Below are positions 22,501 through 29,640 of a stretch of DNA of 64,000 nucleotides, one piece after another. The stretch covers positions 8,814-72,813 of IMG/VR virus record IMGVR_UViG_3300047353_000337, one strand, 5' to 3'. The number at the start of each line of letters is the position of its first letter. Position 1 is the first letter of the stretch. Origin of the DNA: a virus. Both the position numbers and the translations under genes were made by a program. The notes under the pieces were generated by a model. That model saw only the letters and a program-made list of their open reading frames with translations, was not told the origin of the DNA and did no database searches.

Positions 22501-22600
22501 ACAAGGAAAACGCTGGACAGACCCAGGAATTTCACTTAATGATGCGGAAAGTTTGGTAGCACGTTTCTTTAAGGCGGAAAAGGTGGAGCTACCCAAATAA
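7559..22600 (+). CDS. Giant (5,013 aa) virion structural protein, probably a baseplate wedge (gp7-position)/adhesin fusion
   Basis: Uninterrupted ORF coupled to gp6 (TAATG). Contains LLPRYF N-terminus, PTLTLYRGQTYNF module, W..G..Y..G..V CBM-like repeats, FG-GAP-like repeats (FGQSVAMSPDGKYLAIGSP), I.NAGAGY..P repeats and GDGST..F.L repeats. Confidence 0.8.
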   Translation: MAQDESPIPTSGDAKRRTADLLPRYFRTTANKKFLSSTIDQLTQPGSIEKIDGYIGRRDAKAFKSTDNYVSDVSAEREDYQLEPIATVTDNLGNTTYYGDYRDYINSSKIRNTDNIDHSLYSSQEYYAWDPHINWDKFVNFREYYWLPSGPNEVPVYGTARNIISTFAVARQDNVDNNSYIFSKENKVSNPTLTLYRGQTYNFDIDAIDMPLSIRTSNSINDDTNLYNIGVSQQKVEQGSITWTVDLESPNALYYTNGNDPEASGLIIIKDIRDNTQLNVGEEIIGKKTYTMQNGYELTNGMKVKFYGTITPAKYGEGNWYVEGVGESITLIAEEDLVITADYLTDVSTEFDAQGFSALPFDDATSYAILKDYIVVNKASKDGNQWSRYNKWTHKSVIETIAAVNNVPVVLDQTYRATRPIIEFDAGLKLYNFGTQSKTSVDVVDTVTKDVFSNIEGQAGYFVDGVELVTGMRVLFTADPDSFVAGKIYEVGFISQNGQAQIALKETTDTTPLTNETVLVKAGTNYKGKIFYYNGTTWKQTQDKIKVNQQPLFDLYNDAGAQLSTLESSTFAGNKVFSYKVGTGTNDSQLGFPLSYRTIENSGDIVFDFNLLADTYQYDEVADVFTVSTDTALLRQYTGRTSYTNVSGWTKAPTKSTQPVVEQFTVAERTNNFIIDVYLNSGNLNDLDIKVYVNSTRKRDGVDYTINRVNGYAYVAFYTDLVESDKLVLKTTSSAKKIQGLGHYEFPINFEKNPQNENVTTFTLGEVLDHVDSIVDNVSGFKGLYPGVSNLRDLGTPSKYGLKFVQHSGPVNLALYNLTDKDYDAIEAMKWSGFEYIKFKREFLRTANDLGFEGYDKVHVDKVLTELNLNKTNKDAFYFSDMLAHGGETTVRHAIEDESQTIFSLANGIDFTTLSEKAVLAYLNEKQLVLNKDYTVSTDGFLTLLNAPSAGDVLDVYEYVSTDGCWVPPTPTKLGLYPKFTPEIFLDDTYIKTPTDVTGPYKIYGRDETTTLSYKGKVGWFYPLYTDEVSAQQADIAASGNGTAHVHIFAGSNKLFYMPNGTMNHATNDSQLYSEYEGARAMLQGHDGSLWRCFGDFRDNLLLDLEKRIYNNLKLPYNENIFNIADYVSSKNRNTGFTRRQVSKTMISEFNSWLETVGSPDYVSNTVYRAGDGFTYNYASAGDPNNNPLTGFWRSIYKDFYNTDRPHSHPWEILGFKEKPIWFDSEYGSAPYTSSNLLLWEDLSKGIVRGVEGSKVTYRNKFKNEDIYKYIPVDANGNLLAPSATGYAVGNVPTTNGNEFAFGDEGPVETAWRRSSHYPFSLMISWALNQPAQFFGLAFDRSRIVRNGADQLVYKDTSKRIELNKLVFPNSATDSARVFTAGIVNYMQGYLIDNDTLKFNEYTKSLKVVENKLGSKIGGFTQKSKFKLILDSRTPTNEGNVFVPEENYKIHLTKSIPLNVYSYSGVIIEIAPGGYILKGYDKDNPVFKYYPVRRKNSDVVINVGGVSENFLTWTTGKTYQVGQIVEISDSYYRVKISHTAGNAFNQDNFQKLAELPEEGGATAYVSTNFEPELQEMQYGTLVREKQDVVDLLLGYQRYLTSVGFKFDNFNQEIEEIENWVLSAKEFLFWTTQAWDSGTILTLSPSARQIEFAKEYTVVDDIYDNFYDYSLLKADGKRLLADFATTERDNTNDFGIFVRNTNDGIYHLKIPVVQHEHAIIIDNNTIFGDVIYNRAQGYRQERIKVKGYRSDEWNGSYNIPGFIFDDATPTEWTSWQDYSIGALVKYKQFYYVAPKNITGTEKFVDSNWVRLNEKPEQQLLPNFDYKARQFADFYDLDSDNFDIEQQKLAQHLTGYQKRKYLENIINDDISQYKFYQGAIQDKGTRNVLTKLFDKLGSANKDSLEFYEEWAVRVGRYGATTGDEQFDLILDEEKYRQEPQLIELVDAINPQDTSLIYRLDRNGVYVTPDNYDHKPLPTKYFNDDNSYTKSAGYVNPLDVTASLVSYDAILDQTLYASGSYIWTATDKSQQTWGVYKTQSTDYRITAVTESQQNIFTVTLDKQANFTKGDIIGIHDISDATNGYYKVDSTELNVVKLASVEGEDVEATEADAEVNGFITELKKARLSTLSLANDSIKKDPNNLFSLTGNNNATNTIWVDDDDTGKWIVLKNRQVFELKPNIINTAAGLLDSTEKDFGSAFSVSKNNNRIAITAPKDLNGSVYVYQRPSDNTEFGFLQQIDEQLFLFDSNGGFGQSVAMSPDGKYLAIGSPHASNVKSKLKGDFENNISYLQNDIVLYSSQLWKAARNIEADALQLYQNHSSNAQAKGNDYISDTQSYPEIEYIVRGDYTLGANSDTDHILVRAEKEQFEGTKIGDILTLKWNQYTATNLAGNLPFNNDSTLTQTLLNGQHTIANKVQHIVHIQSALSVPDAGTEITTDTCRATLAYRRTNDENEMQVYIKNVNGAFTGSGSIYANGILVGEYEEVLQITDDYHTGWWYIDVGSSFNSTELTEKNANLVIQNITLEGNVVNDPYFSNILDTKQLQNILNPTKVSELGILSHTQGQSNVQVLDSKWWIRTPLVHGNSISVGDKTRVWLNDIRVNGVVQDPTAIGLTSTYINDTEHTVIDVWNGYVEVRLTNFDLNGDPFIPNVGDTLTDTATGSTAEIAYIERSFATAKIYVKNRNGTWAVGSDFGTNSNATFIENDSTVRTIGPINSAHMENSISGPLLILDTATNIPVVIGGANYLRDLEYWIYSSNSIAGITDTANPPSNLNLDWTRVYNLPVVAEGYETGLNEQGTFAIYEIKGVTYSLINYFTVPNSANNRKLGTKLRFVQPNSDSYKLYIHAEGDATEENQGRIYFVNKNSTEDWALSVQKNYRGTFRTSATYFENEYVRFGETVYKANTNLIPGTFNVSQWTAQTTGLDLLGYVPNDTNFSLVESTLDQNNLEAFGTDFDVNANGQVLVANSMYTSVYEIESGDAVIGLDSSIANRKVVVYRLNDSSYEYSQILEPFNQTEDFGTSIAVSEDGTKIAVGAPLNSEIESNAGAVYIYTQNGTTFSYSQTIRPVTIQPNSQFGFKLDFDGNTLAVTSRGGDIVTATTFDANSTSLDNASTAFKVTDRGSGVVGLYETVNNTLLYSQDFAYNLDTQDFGNRMLVNNNHVYIGLPKQQIPNSSVIDKGLVAEYRKPLNTESWAITRQPVLPVDTSKFKGVYLYNVTDNSLITYLDYIDPIQGKIAGPAEQELTFKTSYDPARYSNTTTDSGITAHPLDYTSDKWIGKLWWDIDSAKFINHHQGDITESTATFNKLFAGTTVDVYEWVESTLLPSAWDAQTDDETALDQGISGTTLYGDGAYSVRRKFDTVSQTFTTYYYYWVLNKATLPNVENRLLSASNVTRLISDPAGLGYKFVAMLGSNRYALHNCESFINNRDTAISFNWWTIENQQQQTHLQYQLITDGLDTSVPNSEIEQKWFDSLVGFDKNDRPVPDINLPVKEKYGSLNEPRQSWFVNRTEARKQFVERTNNSLSKNLIVDDFDLTKLTGFDPQPTVATGLYDTTSDSYAEIRFVSVARVKPASLTLEVENGVIINVLINDAGAGYINVPTYKITDTGGSGCVLEFTLDANGAISDVTIVNGGRDYTSSVAVTIRKFAVLVKSDETIGGKWSVYQWDGTEYLRTLTQSYDINLYWNYVDWYSPGYNQFTFINHTIDSSFQIYALDDQIDDIIKINNVGTGGWLLLRKISNADTQDYTLSYQTIGRENGTIAFKNSLYDVNASNTAFDGASFDKIFYDTEPNTEFRKILEILKSDIFVDNLSIYWNELFFAGIRYVFSEQPNVDWVFKTSFVKAKHNIGELQQKVTFQNDSLPSYQKYVEEMKPYKTKIREYLSSYEKVDPASNVITDFDLSPFYSDSEGKIIPQDVKIINGEISVGDANVLTYPGKHWIDTVGFEVISFNIADAGQGYTVAPKIIITGGGGTGATAEAFIGTNGKVTSVKVTNTGSGYLTSPTVQIIGSFGDTGTVARLSPVLGKGKARSAHIRCKFDRVTGNYLFQTLIETETFTSTIDQQIFNLKWPVQLKATEIKVTVDGLEALRSEYAFSNVEDTTKGYTRTSGRITFTNALAVGKTVVITYNKAPELLQAQDRINLYYNPTTGMYGNDLGQLIEGIDYGGVEVSSFNFGTGSGWDSDEWFTTTYDTFDTTFEDEIFQIGDDSTRVLNFASPLVSGTIYNVYKNGVRIDDPNYGTASQKNVNAKITSITGAGQTGVALYDDAGDLASSIIVLNEEDIPTGSGDILVFRKTTSDGAFLPDPRSYDTVLTGGDLAFSTARGINPEEIIIDGDDFISPTTSKGPEEQVPGQVLDTVNIRVFHRPKDGGSILSSNSYRTDGIIGSYNFGIQPQNKDGLIVKIGDVIQSQSLYTVDYRTKTVKFNTVPNINQDVNILSISGNGKNSLEQNEFRGDGSTLAYVTKIHYDKKLDFYATVNGELVESVLASSGDSTEKDPKAMIVFGSPPPDNSIINFAIYTAVDSFSKIETSEFVGDGSTKVFTLAKTPYSAKPNSHNVIVKQGNKILNPGYNQQFPITALQREYYLEIWQTPIGSFDNSDLLVLLNGVELTIAVEYNIRPANSSVILEPGIGAEGDILEVYLRTDGEYAFGDIQVINNQNTWVDSGANLQLITAPAEGEKLTVYTFNKHDSMDFERQNFDVVARSVISVGTEDHIQFNHIKAGLVKLRYPAIDAQYVWLTINGILQTPSVDYKLTDDRNFVKYNGSFADNDVVEVIQFSSQGEITPKFGFSQFKDILNRNIYKRLGDVAPLKLAKDLATFDKEIFLDDASNLSQPDKNSSIPGILFINGERIEYLIKQGNVLRQIQRGTLGTGVASIHEAGSDVYNQGPIQTAPYMDQTIVDEQIGDGSTTVFPLAFTPKSVNEFEVFVAGKRLRKNAVQVFNPALDQDSPEADETALAEFSVDGTTASVTLLNTPVVNANIKIVRRQGKRWTDPGISLNDAESLVARFFKAEKVELPK

Positions 22601-22603
22601 ATA
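22596..22603 (+). promoter_or_regulatory. Late promoter-like box (AATAAATA)
   Basis: Overlaps the stop codon of the giant gene, 17 nt before the next ATG. Confidence 0.55.
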
Positions 22604-22620
22604 CAGTATAGGACAAAGGT

Positions 22621-23232
22621 ATGATTGATAACATAAAAGAAGAAAACGGAGTAATGCTCCAAGGACATATTAAAATTTCGAACCCTGAAACGGGCGAAGT
22701 TATAGTCGATAAACGTAATGCTATCCACTATGAGAACATGAGTATATCTCTTGCAGAAAGTTTAGCTAATGCAGGGCAAGGTACCATTTATCAAATGGCA
22801 TTTGGCAACGGAGGAACTAGTATTGACCCAACTGGAATTATTACATACCTAACACCTAACAGTACAGGTACTAATGCTAGCCTTTATAACCAAACGTTTA
22901 TTAAAGTTGTTGATGATAGAAGTGTTAATAACACAGATCCTGCAAGAAACAAAATTGAATCAAGGCATGTAAGTGGCACTAACTATACAGATATCGTTGT
23001 TAGTTGTTTGCTTGATTACGGTGAACCATCAGGACAAGATGCTATTGACAATGCAACTAATGCTGATAGTTTATATGTATTTGATGAATTAGGATTAGTA
23101 AGTTATCTACCATCAGGACAAGGTAGACTGTTAACACATGTAATTTTCCACCCAGTACAAAAGAGTTTGAATAGACTTATCCAAATTGATTATACTGTGC
23201 GTGTACAAAGTTTATCGGGGTTTAACGAATAA
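22621..23232 (+). CDS. Virion structural protein (baseplate/tail-fibre attachment)
   Basis: QGHIKI...KRNAI...MAFGNGG...FDELGL...LLTHVIFHPVQKSLNRLIQIDYTVR pattern; position before fibre genes. Confidence 0.7.
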   Translation: MIDNIKEENGVMLQGHIKISNPETGEVIVDKRNAIHYENMSISLAESLANAGQGTIYQMAFGNGGTSIDPTGIITYLTPNSTGTNASLYNQTFIKVVDDRSVNNTDPARNKIESRHVSGTNYTDIVVSCLLDYGEPSGQDAIDNATNADSLYVFDELGLVSYLPSGQGRLLTHVIFHPVQKSLNRLIQIDYTVRVQSLSGFNE

Positions 23233-25313
23233 TGGCATATACAATTAACTACTCAGACACGAATAAGGGAACTATCTCAATTGAAGATAGTACAATTAAT
23301 CAGCAAACAAGTCTAGATATTCCTGGACGTAACACTACTAGTTATGGGTCAGTTATTGCCGAAAACTTTTTAAAGCAATTAGAAAACTTTGCTAATACAT
23401 CAGCACCAAGAAATCCGATACAAGGACAGTTATGGTACGACAGTTCAACAGGAATTGATACACTTAAACTATACGATGGTACAGGTTGGGTTAACGCTAG
23501 TGGACTTAAAAAAGGAAACACAGCACCAGACGTATCAAATGCACTACAAGGCGACCTTTGGTCAGACACAGACAACAATCAGTTATATATTTTTACAGGT
23601 AGTGGTTGGACACTAGTTGGACCAGAATACAGTGATGGTTTATTAACAGGCGCAAAGCCTGTTGTAGTAACAGGTAAAGACGAAGTACTTTATACTATAC
23701 TACAACTTGAAGTAGGCGGCAATCCTATTGCAATTTATTCTACTAGAACATTCCAACCGAAAAGTACTATTCCGGGATTTACAATTATTCAGCCTGGACT
23801 AAACTTATCTACAGCAAACATTGGCGGCGATGGCATAGCTAAGTATTTAGGTACAAGTGAAAAAGCAGAAAATTTAGTTATTGCTGGTGCAAGCGTTGCG
23901 GCAAGTAACTTTTTAAGATCAGACGTAGCAAGTACATCATCACAAAAATTAACAATTAGTAATAACTCAGGAATACAAGTAGGACAGGATGCTATTGTTA
24001 CATTTGATGTGCAAGGTACATCAGGTGTTGTTACTAATTTAACATCAGGTGCACCAATTGACTTTAAAGTTAATAACTTAGGTGTACAGAAAAATGTTAT
24101 TAGAATTGACTCAACTGAAAAGGTCGGTATTAACACACTATCACCTGCAGAAGCACTAGACGTAGCAGGTTCTATACAAGCAAGTACAAACTTAATTGTA
24201 CAAGGCACAACAGATAGTGCAAGTATTGGAACTGGAGCAGTTAAAATTAGCGGTGGTGTTGGTATTGCTAAAAAGTTATTTGTTGGTACAGACTTAAATG
24301 TTGCAGGATCAAGCATAGTAGGTGCAGTAACACCAATTGCAACACAACAATATTCCTTAGGTACAAGCGACAAACGTTGGTCAGCAGTACATGCAGTTGA
24401 ATTTAGAGGTAACTTAATTGGTAATATTACAGGTACAGTTACAGGTGGAGCGGCAAATGCTAATAAACTTACAAGTGCATCAACATTCCAACTATCCGGA
24501 GATGTAAGTTCTAATCAAATTACATTTGATGGACAAATTGGCGGAACTACAAAAACATTTAACACAGCAATTAGTAATACGTTTATTGCTAACAAGACAC
24601 TTGCTACAACACCTAACACAGATGATGAAATTATTATTAACAGAATCTCAGGTGATGACACAGGTGTGTTTAAGATTTCACAAGCGGCACTAGTTAGTAG
24701 TGTTCCTGTTATACCAGTTGGAACTATTGTACCGTTTGGCGGAGTTAACACTCCAGCAGGTTGGGTATTGTGCGACGGTACAGAAGTTAGAATTTCTGAT
24801 TATTTAAATTTATACAATGCTATACAATATCAATTTAAAGACCAAAGTCAAGTTGCATCAGGCTTTTTTGGACTACCAGACTTTAGAGGTAGATTTCCAT
24901 TAGGTGCTGATAACATGGGCGGGTCGAGTGCTAATAGAGTATCAGATGTTAACGCTGATACAGTTGGACTAGCATCAGGAGTTGAAAGTAGAGCAATTGA
25001 CGTTAAAAACTTACCAGAACACGAACACGATTTAAGATCACCAAAAGGTGCTCAGTTCTATGTTATACTAGATGATAGTGGTGCACAACAAGATGCTGAT
25101 ACTATTCCATATGATGCACCAACAGGATCAGGCGCAGGCCAAGCAAGAACTTCAAGTGGTGGATTACTTAACAGAAGAAACATTGTTTATAATAGTAATA
25201 CAGGACTAGAAGAATTTGAAACGTTTGATATTACAGAACTTGGAACTCCGTATAATGTTATGAATCCGTTCTTAACAGTCAAATATATTATCTATACAGG
25301 AGTAGGGGGCTAA
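23232..25313 (+). CDS. Tail fibre with C-terminal tail-collar domain
   Basis: Shared N-terminal fibre module; IPVGTIVPFGG..PAGWVLCDG...F.LPDFRGRFPLG...NLPEHEH...NPFLTVKYII collar motif. Confidence 0.88.
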   Translation: MAYTINYSDTNKGTISIEDSTINQQTSLDIPGRNTTSYGSVIAENFLKQLENFANTSAPRNPIQGQLWYDSSTGIDTLKLYDGTGWVNASGLKKGNTAPDVSNALQGDLWSDTDNNQLYIFTGSGWTLVGPEYSDGLLTGAKPVVVTGKDEVLYTILQLEVGGNPIAIYSTRTFQPKSTIPGFTIIQPGLNLSTANIGGDGIAKYLGTSEKAENLVIAGASVAASNFLRSDVASTSSQKLTISNNSGIQVGQDAIVTFDVQGTSGVVTNLTSGAPIDFKVNNLGVQKNVIRIDSTEKVGINTLSPAEALDVAGSIQASTNLIVQGTTDSASIGTGAVKISGGVGIAKKLFVGTDLNVAGSSIVGAVTPIATQQYSLGTSDKRWSAVHAVEFRGNLIGNITGTVTGGAANANKLTSASTFQLSGDVSSNQITFDGQIGGTTKTFNTAISNTFIANKTLATTPNTDDEIIINRISGDDTGVFKISQAALVSSVPVIPVGTIVPFGGVNTPAGWVLCDGTEVRISDYLNLYNAIQYQFKDQSQVASGFFGLPDFRGRFPLGADNMGGSSANRVSDVNADTVGLASGVESRAIDVKNLPEHEHDLRSPKGAQFYVILDDSGAQQDADTIPYDAPTGSGAGQARTSSGGLLNRRNIVYNSNTGLEEFETFDITELGTPYNVMNPFLTVKYIIYTGVGG

Positions 25314-25314
25314 T

Positions 25315-27156
25315 ATGGCATATCAAATTAATAAGACTAGTGGTGCATTACTTGTTAACCTAGCAGATGGACAGATTGACGTATCAACTACTGATATCAC
25401 ACTAATTGGTAAAAACTACACAGGATTTGGCGAAAGTATAAACGAAAACTTTGTTAAAATGTTAGAAAATTTTGCAAACGTTTCTTCTCCGGCTAATCCA
25501 CTTGCAGGACAAATTTGGTGGGATACATCAAACAGTAGGATAAAAGTTTACACAGGCACTGACTGGACTACAGGCGGTGGACCAATTGTACAACCTACAC
25601 AGCCAACAATGGTTGCTGGCGACATGTGGATTAATAATGATGCAAATCAGCTTTATTTCTTTGACGGAACAGACTTAGAACTAGCAGGACCAATTTACAA
25701 TGCATTCCAAGGTAAGTCTGGACCTGAAGTAATTACAGTACTTGACCAAACAGGTACAAGTAGAACTATTGTAAAATATTGGATTGGCGGATCATTTGTA
25801 GGTTTATGGAGTAAAGTTGCATTTATACCACAAAACGTAGATACTATTCCCGGATTTACAGGTAACGTTGTTAAAGGATTTAACGTTGTTGACGCAGACT
25901 TTATTTTTGCTGGCACAGCATCAAAAACATCAGCACTAGTTGATAGTAATAATGTATCAAGAACAGCGGCACAATTCCTTGCAAGTGACTCAGATGATGC
26001 AACATCTGGTGCGTTAACAGTTAGAAACAACAATGGACTTACAGTAGGACTTACAGATAACAATGTTGTAAAAGTAACATCAGAAGGTGTTGTAAACGAA
26101 AATAATGTTAGTAATCAAAACTACACATTTAGAATGACCACAAGTAGTGGTAAAACTGATGCAATGACAATTGATTCTACTAACAATAGAATTGGTATCT
26201 ATAATACAAGCCCAACACAAACATTAGATGTTGGCGGCAACTTACGTGTAGCAGGAAGTTTAATTGTTGACGGTGATACTACTAGTATCGATGTACAAAC
26301 ATTATTAGTAAGAGATAAAAGTATTGAACTTGCCAAAGGCGACGACAGTACATTATTAGATGACACAGGAGTTGATCAAGCTGGATTTACAATAGCATCG
26401 TCAAACGGTACTAAAGAATTTTTATGGCGTAACTCAACAAATGCATTTACGTCAAATGTTAGTCTTAACTTAACAGGCGGAAGTTCACTTAAATTTAATG
26501 GTGTTGATATTATTACAGGATCAGCAGGTGTTGGTATTACAAGTATTGGTGCGTTAACATCAGCTAACATTGGTAGTTTTAGTTTTACAGGCGGTAACAA
26601 CCTAACTACAACAACAGTTGATGGTAGTGGTAATGGTATAAACTTAACTGCGGCAGGCAATATTAACCTTGTTACAGCAAGGCAGATTAGAAATGTTAGT
26701 GACCCAACAGCAGATCAAGACGTTGCAACTAAAGCATATGTTGATAGTAGTATTAATTTAGAAGTAATAGCACTAGCATTAGATGTTACAGGACTAGGTA
26801 CAGCAGGTACTAGCCAACAGCATACGAATATTGCTACTATTTTAAATGATATTTCACCTGCAAATACAAAGCAAGACGGTACAGAAGCTAGAATTCACTG
26901 TACAACTACTACAGGTGCTACAGCAACACTAACTGGATCAGCTTTGAACACAGCATTTAACGAAAGTACAACACTTGTACAGCAAAAAGACAACAGCGGC
27001 AATGATGATGGGTCTGTAAGTGTTATTCAAAGTGCTACATTTAATGATGCTACTGGTAACATTACATCTACAGTAACAAGAACACTAAAATTATTTAGAG
27101 TAAGTTCAGGAGCATGGGGATATGTGCAAGACTTAACTCCAGGCGCTTTGGTATAA
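25315..27156 (+). CDS. Tail fibre protein
   Basis: Paralogous N-terminus (LIGKNYTGFGESINENFVKMLENF..P.NP..GQIWWD); RIGI.N.SP...LDVGG; DPTADQDVATKAYVD. Confidence 0.82.
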   Translation: MAYQINKTSGALLVNLADGQIDVSTTDITLIGKNYTGFGESINENFVKMLENFANVSSPANPLAGQIWWDTSNSRIKVYTGTDWTTGGGPIVQPTQPTMVAGDMWINNDANQLYFFDGTDLELAGPIYNAFQGKSGPEVITVLDQTGTSRTIVKYWIGGSFVGLWSKVAFIPQNVDTIPGFTGNVVKGFNVVDADFIFAGTASKTSALVDSNNVSRTAAQFLASDSDDATSGALTVRNNNGLTVGLTDNNVVKVTSEGVVNENNVSNQNYTFRMTTSSGKTDAMTIDSTNNRIGIYNTSPTQTLDVGGNLRVAGSLIVDGDTTSIDVQTLLVRDKSIELAKGDDSTLLDDTGVDQAGFTIASSNGTKEFLWRNSTNAFTSNVSLNLTGGSSLKFNGVDIITGSAGVGITSIGALTSANIGSFSFTGGNNLTTTTVDGSGNGINLTAAGNINLVTARQIRNVSDPTADQDVATKAYVDSSINLEVIALALDVTGLGTAGTSQQHTNIATILNDISPANTKQDGTEARIHCTTTTGATATLTGSALNTAFNESTTLVQQKDNSGNDDGSVSVIQSATFNDATGNITSTVTRTLKLFRVSSGAWGYVQDLTPGALV

Positions 27157-27159
27157 ATA
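27152..27159 (+). promoter_or_regulatory. T4 late promoter consensus TATAAATA
   Basis: Exact match overlapping the stop codon, upstream of the third fibre gene. Confidence 0.75.
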
Positions 27160-27185
27160 CATATAACACAATTAGGGGTTTATAA

Positions 27186-28670
27186 ATGGCATACGTAATA
27201 AATTTAACAAATGGAGGGTCGTTAGTAACGGTTGAAGACGGCACCATTGACCAGAGTACTTCACTTAAATTAGTAGGTAAGAACTATGCTGGATATGGTG
27301 AGATTCAAAACGAAAACTTTATCCATTTACTAGAAAACTTTTCTAGTGCAAATCAACCAGCAGGTCCACTATCTGGACAGATTTGGTTTGATAATTCATT
27401 AAAAAAATTAAAGTTCTATGACGGAACTAAGTTTAGAACAACAGGTGGAGCTGAAATTTCCACAACACAGCCAGTTGGTTTAACAACAGGTGATTTTTGG
27501 TGGGATACTAGCAATAATCAACTATATGCACAGAACTCCGATGGTGGATTTGTCCTAATTGGTCCACAATCTATTGGTGAAACAGTTAGTGCTATGGTTA
27601 CTGCACAGGTACGTGATAGCAACCAAGTAAACAGAACTATTATTAAAGGTACTGTTGATGATGGTGTTGTGTTTATTGTTAGCAACTCAGAATTTACTAT
27701 TGATACTACTGATCCAGCAAACGTTATATCTGGTTTTGATGTAGTACGTCAAGGACTTACCCTAAGAAATACAACTAGTTCAGCAAATGGTGTTACTAGC
27801 TCGGCACATAGATTCCATGGTACAGCAACTAATGCTGAAGCATTAGGCGGTGTTATAGCGGCAAACTTTGTACAAAATACGCCAGGACAAGAAAGTTCAT
27901 TTGGTGAAATTGTAAGGTTTGCAGACGCAGGATTTACAGTTGGTGCGGCAAACGATTTAAAAGTTCATATTGATACAGCAGGTGCAGGTAATGAAGGTAT
28001 TATTGATAACACAGTTGGGCAGAAAATTAGATTTAAAGTTAAGTCAACTGGCGGAGTAACAACAGAAACATTCCATATTCAAGCAACTGGACTTATTCCA
28101 ACAACTACAGCAACTTTTGACATAGGTGATGCAAACTATAAATGGAGAAACATGTATGCAACTTCATTTAACGGATTAGCAACGCAGGCGATTGCACTAC
28201 AAGTTGGATCAAATTATAGAACGGGTGATGTAAATGCAACAAACAATACAGTTGCAGTGCGTGACTCAAGTGGTAACATATCAGCAAACGTATTTAACGG
28301 TGTATCAACAAGTGCAAGATATGCTGACTTAGCAGAAAAATATACAACAGACCAAGAATATCCAGTAGGCACAGCAATGTGTGTAGGAGGAGAAGCTGAA
28401 ACTACAGCGGCAAAGACAAGTAGTCATTGCATTGGTGTTATATCTACAGAACCTGCATATTTAATGAACAGTGAAGCAGAAGGTCAAGCAATTGGTCTTA
28501 AAGGGCGTGTTCCAGTAAGAGTAAAAGGTATTGTAGCAAAAGGTGATCCAATTTACGCTTGGGAAGATGGAGTATGTTCAACTGTTGCGGCAACAAGTTT
28601 AGTTGGTATTGCACTAGAAGCTAGTGACGATGAGTCAGAAAAGCTAATAGAGTGTGTACTTAAAGTATAA
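27186..28670 (+). CDS. Tail fibre with C-terminal intramolecular-chaperone/peptidase-G2-like domain
   Basis: Paralogous N-terminus; ARYADLAEKY...GVIST.PAYLMN...GLKGRVPVRVKG...GIALE. Confidence 0.82.
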   Translation: MAYVINLTNGGSLVTVEDGTIDQSTSLKLVGKNYAGYGEIQNENFIHLLENFSSANQPAGPLSGQIWFDNSLKKLKFYDGTKFRTTGGAEISTTQPVGLTTGDFWWDTSNNQLYAQNSDGGFVLIGPQSIGETVSAMVTAQVRDSNQVNRTIIKGTVDDGVVFIVSNSEFTIDTTDPANVISGFDVVRQGLTLRNTTSSANGVTSSAHRFHGTATNAEALGGVIAANFVQNTPGQESSFGEIVRFADAGFTVGAANDLKVHIDTAGAGNEGIIDNTVGQKIRFKVKSTGGVTTETFHIQATGLIPTTTATFDIGDANYKWRNMYATSFNGLATQAIALQVGSNYRTGDVNATNNTVAVRDSSGNISANVFNGVSTSARYADLAEKYTTDQEYPVGTAMCVGGEAETTAAKTSSHCIGVISTEPAYLMNSEAEGQAIGLKGRVPVRVKGIVAKGDPIYAWEDGVCSTVAATSLVGIALEASDDESEKLIECVLKV

Positions 28671-28689
28671 GTATTAAAAAGGAAGCATT

Positions 28690-29604
28690 ATGGCAGTAGG
28701 CGATACAATTACCGCGGCGCGGTATAACATTATTCAAGCAAGAATAGCGGCAGTTATTGGATTAGGTTCTGGTGACGAAGGCTATGGACAAGCCCGTACA
28801 AGTAGTACAGCGGCAGTAGGTGCTACAATTACAGCACAAGACATGGCAAATTTGTTTACTGACATGAACAAGATTAGATTACATCAATCAGGATCAGTTC
28901 CTACAGAAATTATAGCACCAAGTGTAGGTGATACAGTTGAAGATTCAAACTCAACTTCAAAAGAAGGTTATGTACAGTACGAAACATTAAGTACAACATG
29001 CCAAGCATCAAGATTAACTGCGGCATCAGGCCAACTAGGATTGCAAGCAGGTACAAGTAGTCAAAGAACAGCAAGCTGGTCAACAGATATTAATCATATT
29101 TTTACTGTTACTTTTGGTGGATATGCAGTTACTAATGGAGACGGAAGTACTACAACAGTTAGTGGTGCAGATCATATGCGTGTGTTTTTCAATGCAGGCG
29201 GCACAATAAATTTAAGTGGTACAATTGGTAGTGGTAGTACAACTATTAACAATGACTGGCGTAACTTAATGACGAGTGTTGGTACAGTTGTATTTGGAAG
29301 ATCAACTACTTCAAATGGTTCAGTAGGTACTAACTATGGGTATTCAAACTTACCTACAGGTTACACAACACTTTTTAATAAAACTGCAAGTGCGTATAGT
29401 GCAAACGATTACTTAATTGAAGGTCAAAAGAACGGTGCAGTTTTAACATTCCGTGTTACATTTAACGAAGATAAAGGTCCAAATCCAAACTATGACGAAG
29501 CAGTTACAGCAACTACAACTAGTACTGTACAGTTAAATAGACCTAACAATGCCAGCAGTGTAAATATTGCCGCGCCAACTTTCGCCAATACAAACAACCT
29601 ATAA
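28690..29604 (+). CDS. Virion structural protein (tail-fibre associated)
   Basis: Thr/Ser/Gly-rich; GDTITAA repeats, FFNAGG.I motif; preceded by TATAAGTA late-like box. Confidence 0.65.
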   Translation: MAVGDTITAARYNIIQARIAAVIGLGSGDEGYGQARTSSTAAVGATITAQDMANLFTDMNKIRLHQSGSVPTEIIAPSVGDTVEDSNSTSKEGYVQYETLSTTCQASRLTAASGQLGLQAGTSSQRTASWSTDINHIFTVTFGGYAVTNGDGSTTTVSGADHMRVFFNAGGTINLSGTIGSGSTTINNDWRNLMTSVGTVVFGRSTTSNGSVGTNYGYSNLPTGYTTLFNKTASAYSANDYLIEGQKNGAVLTFRVTFNEDKGPNPNYDEAVTATTTSTVQLNRPNNASSVNIAAPTFANTNNL

Positions 29605-29640
29605 GAGTAAATAGTTATACTATAAAGTAGGAGTATAATT

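Noticed and set aside
409-26660. Many 60-190 aa alternative-frame and antisense ORFs inside structural genes
   Set aside because: Fully nested in long motif-bearing genes; expected shadows of biased codon usage; no RBS or motifs
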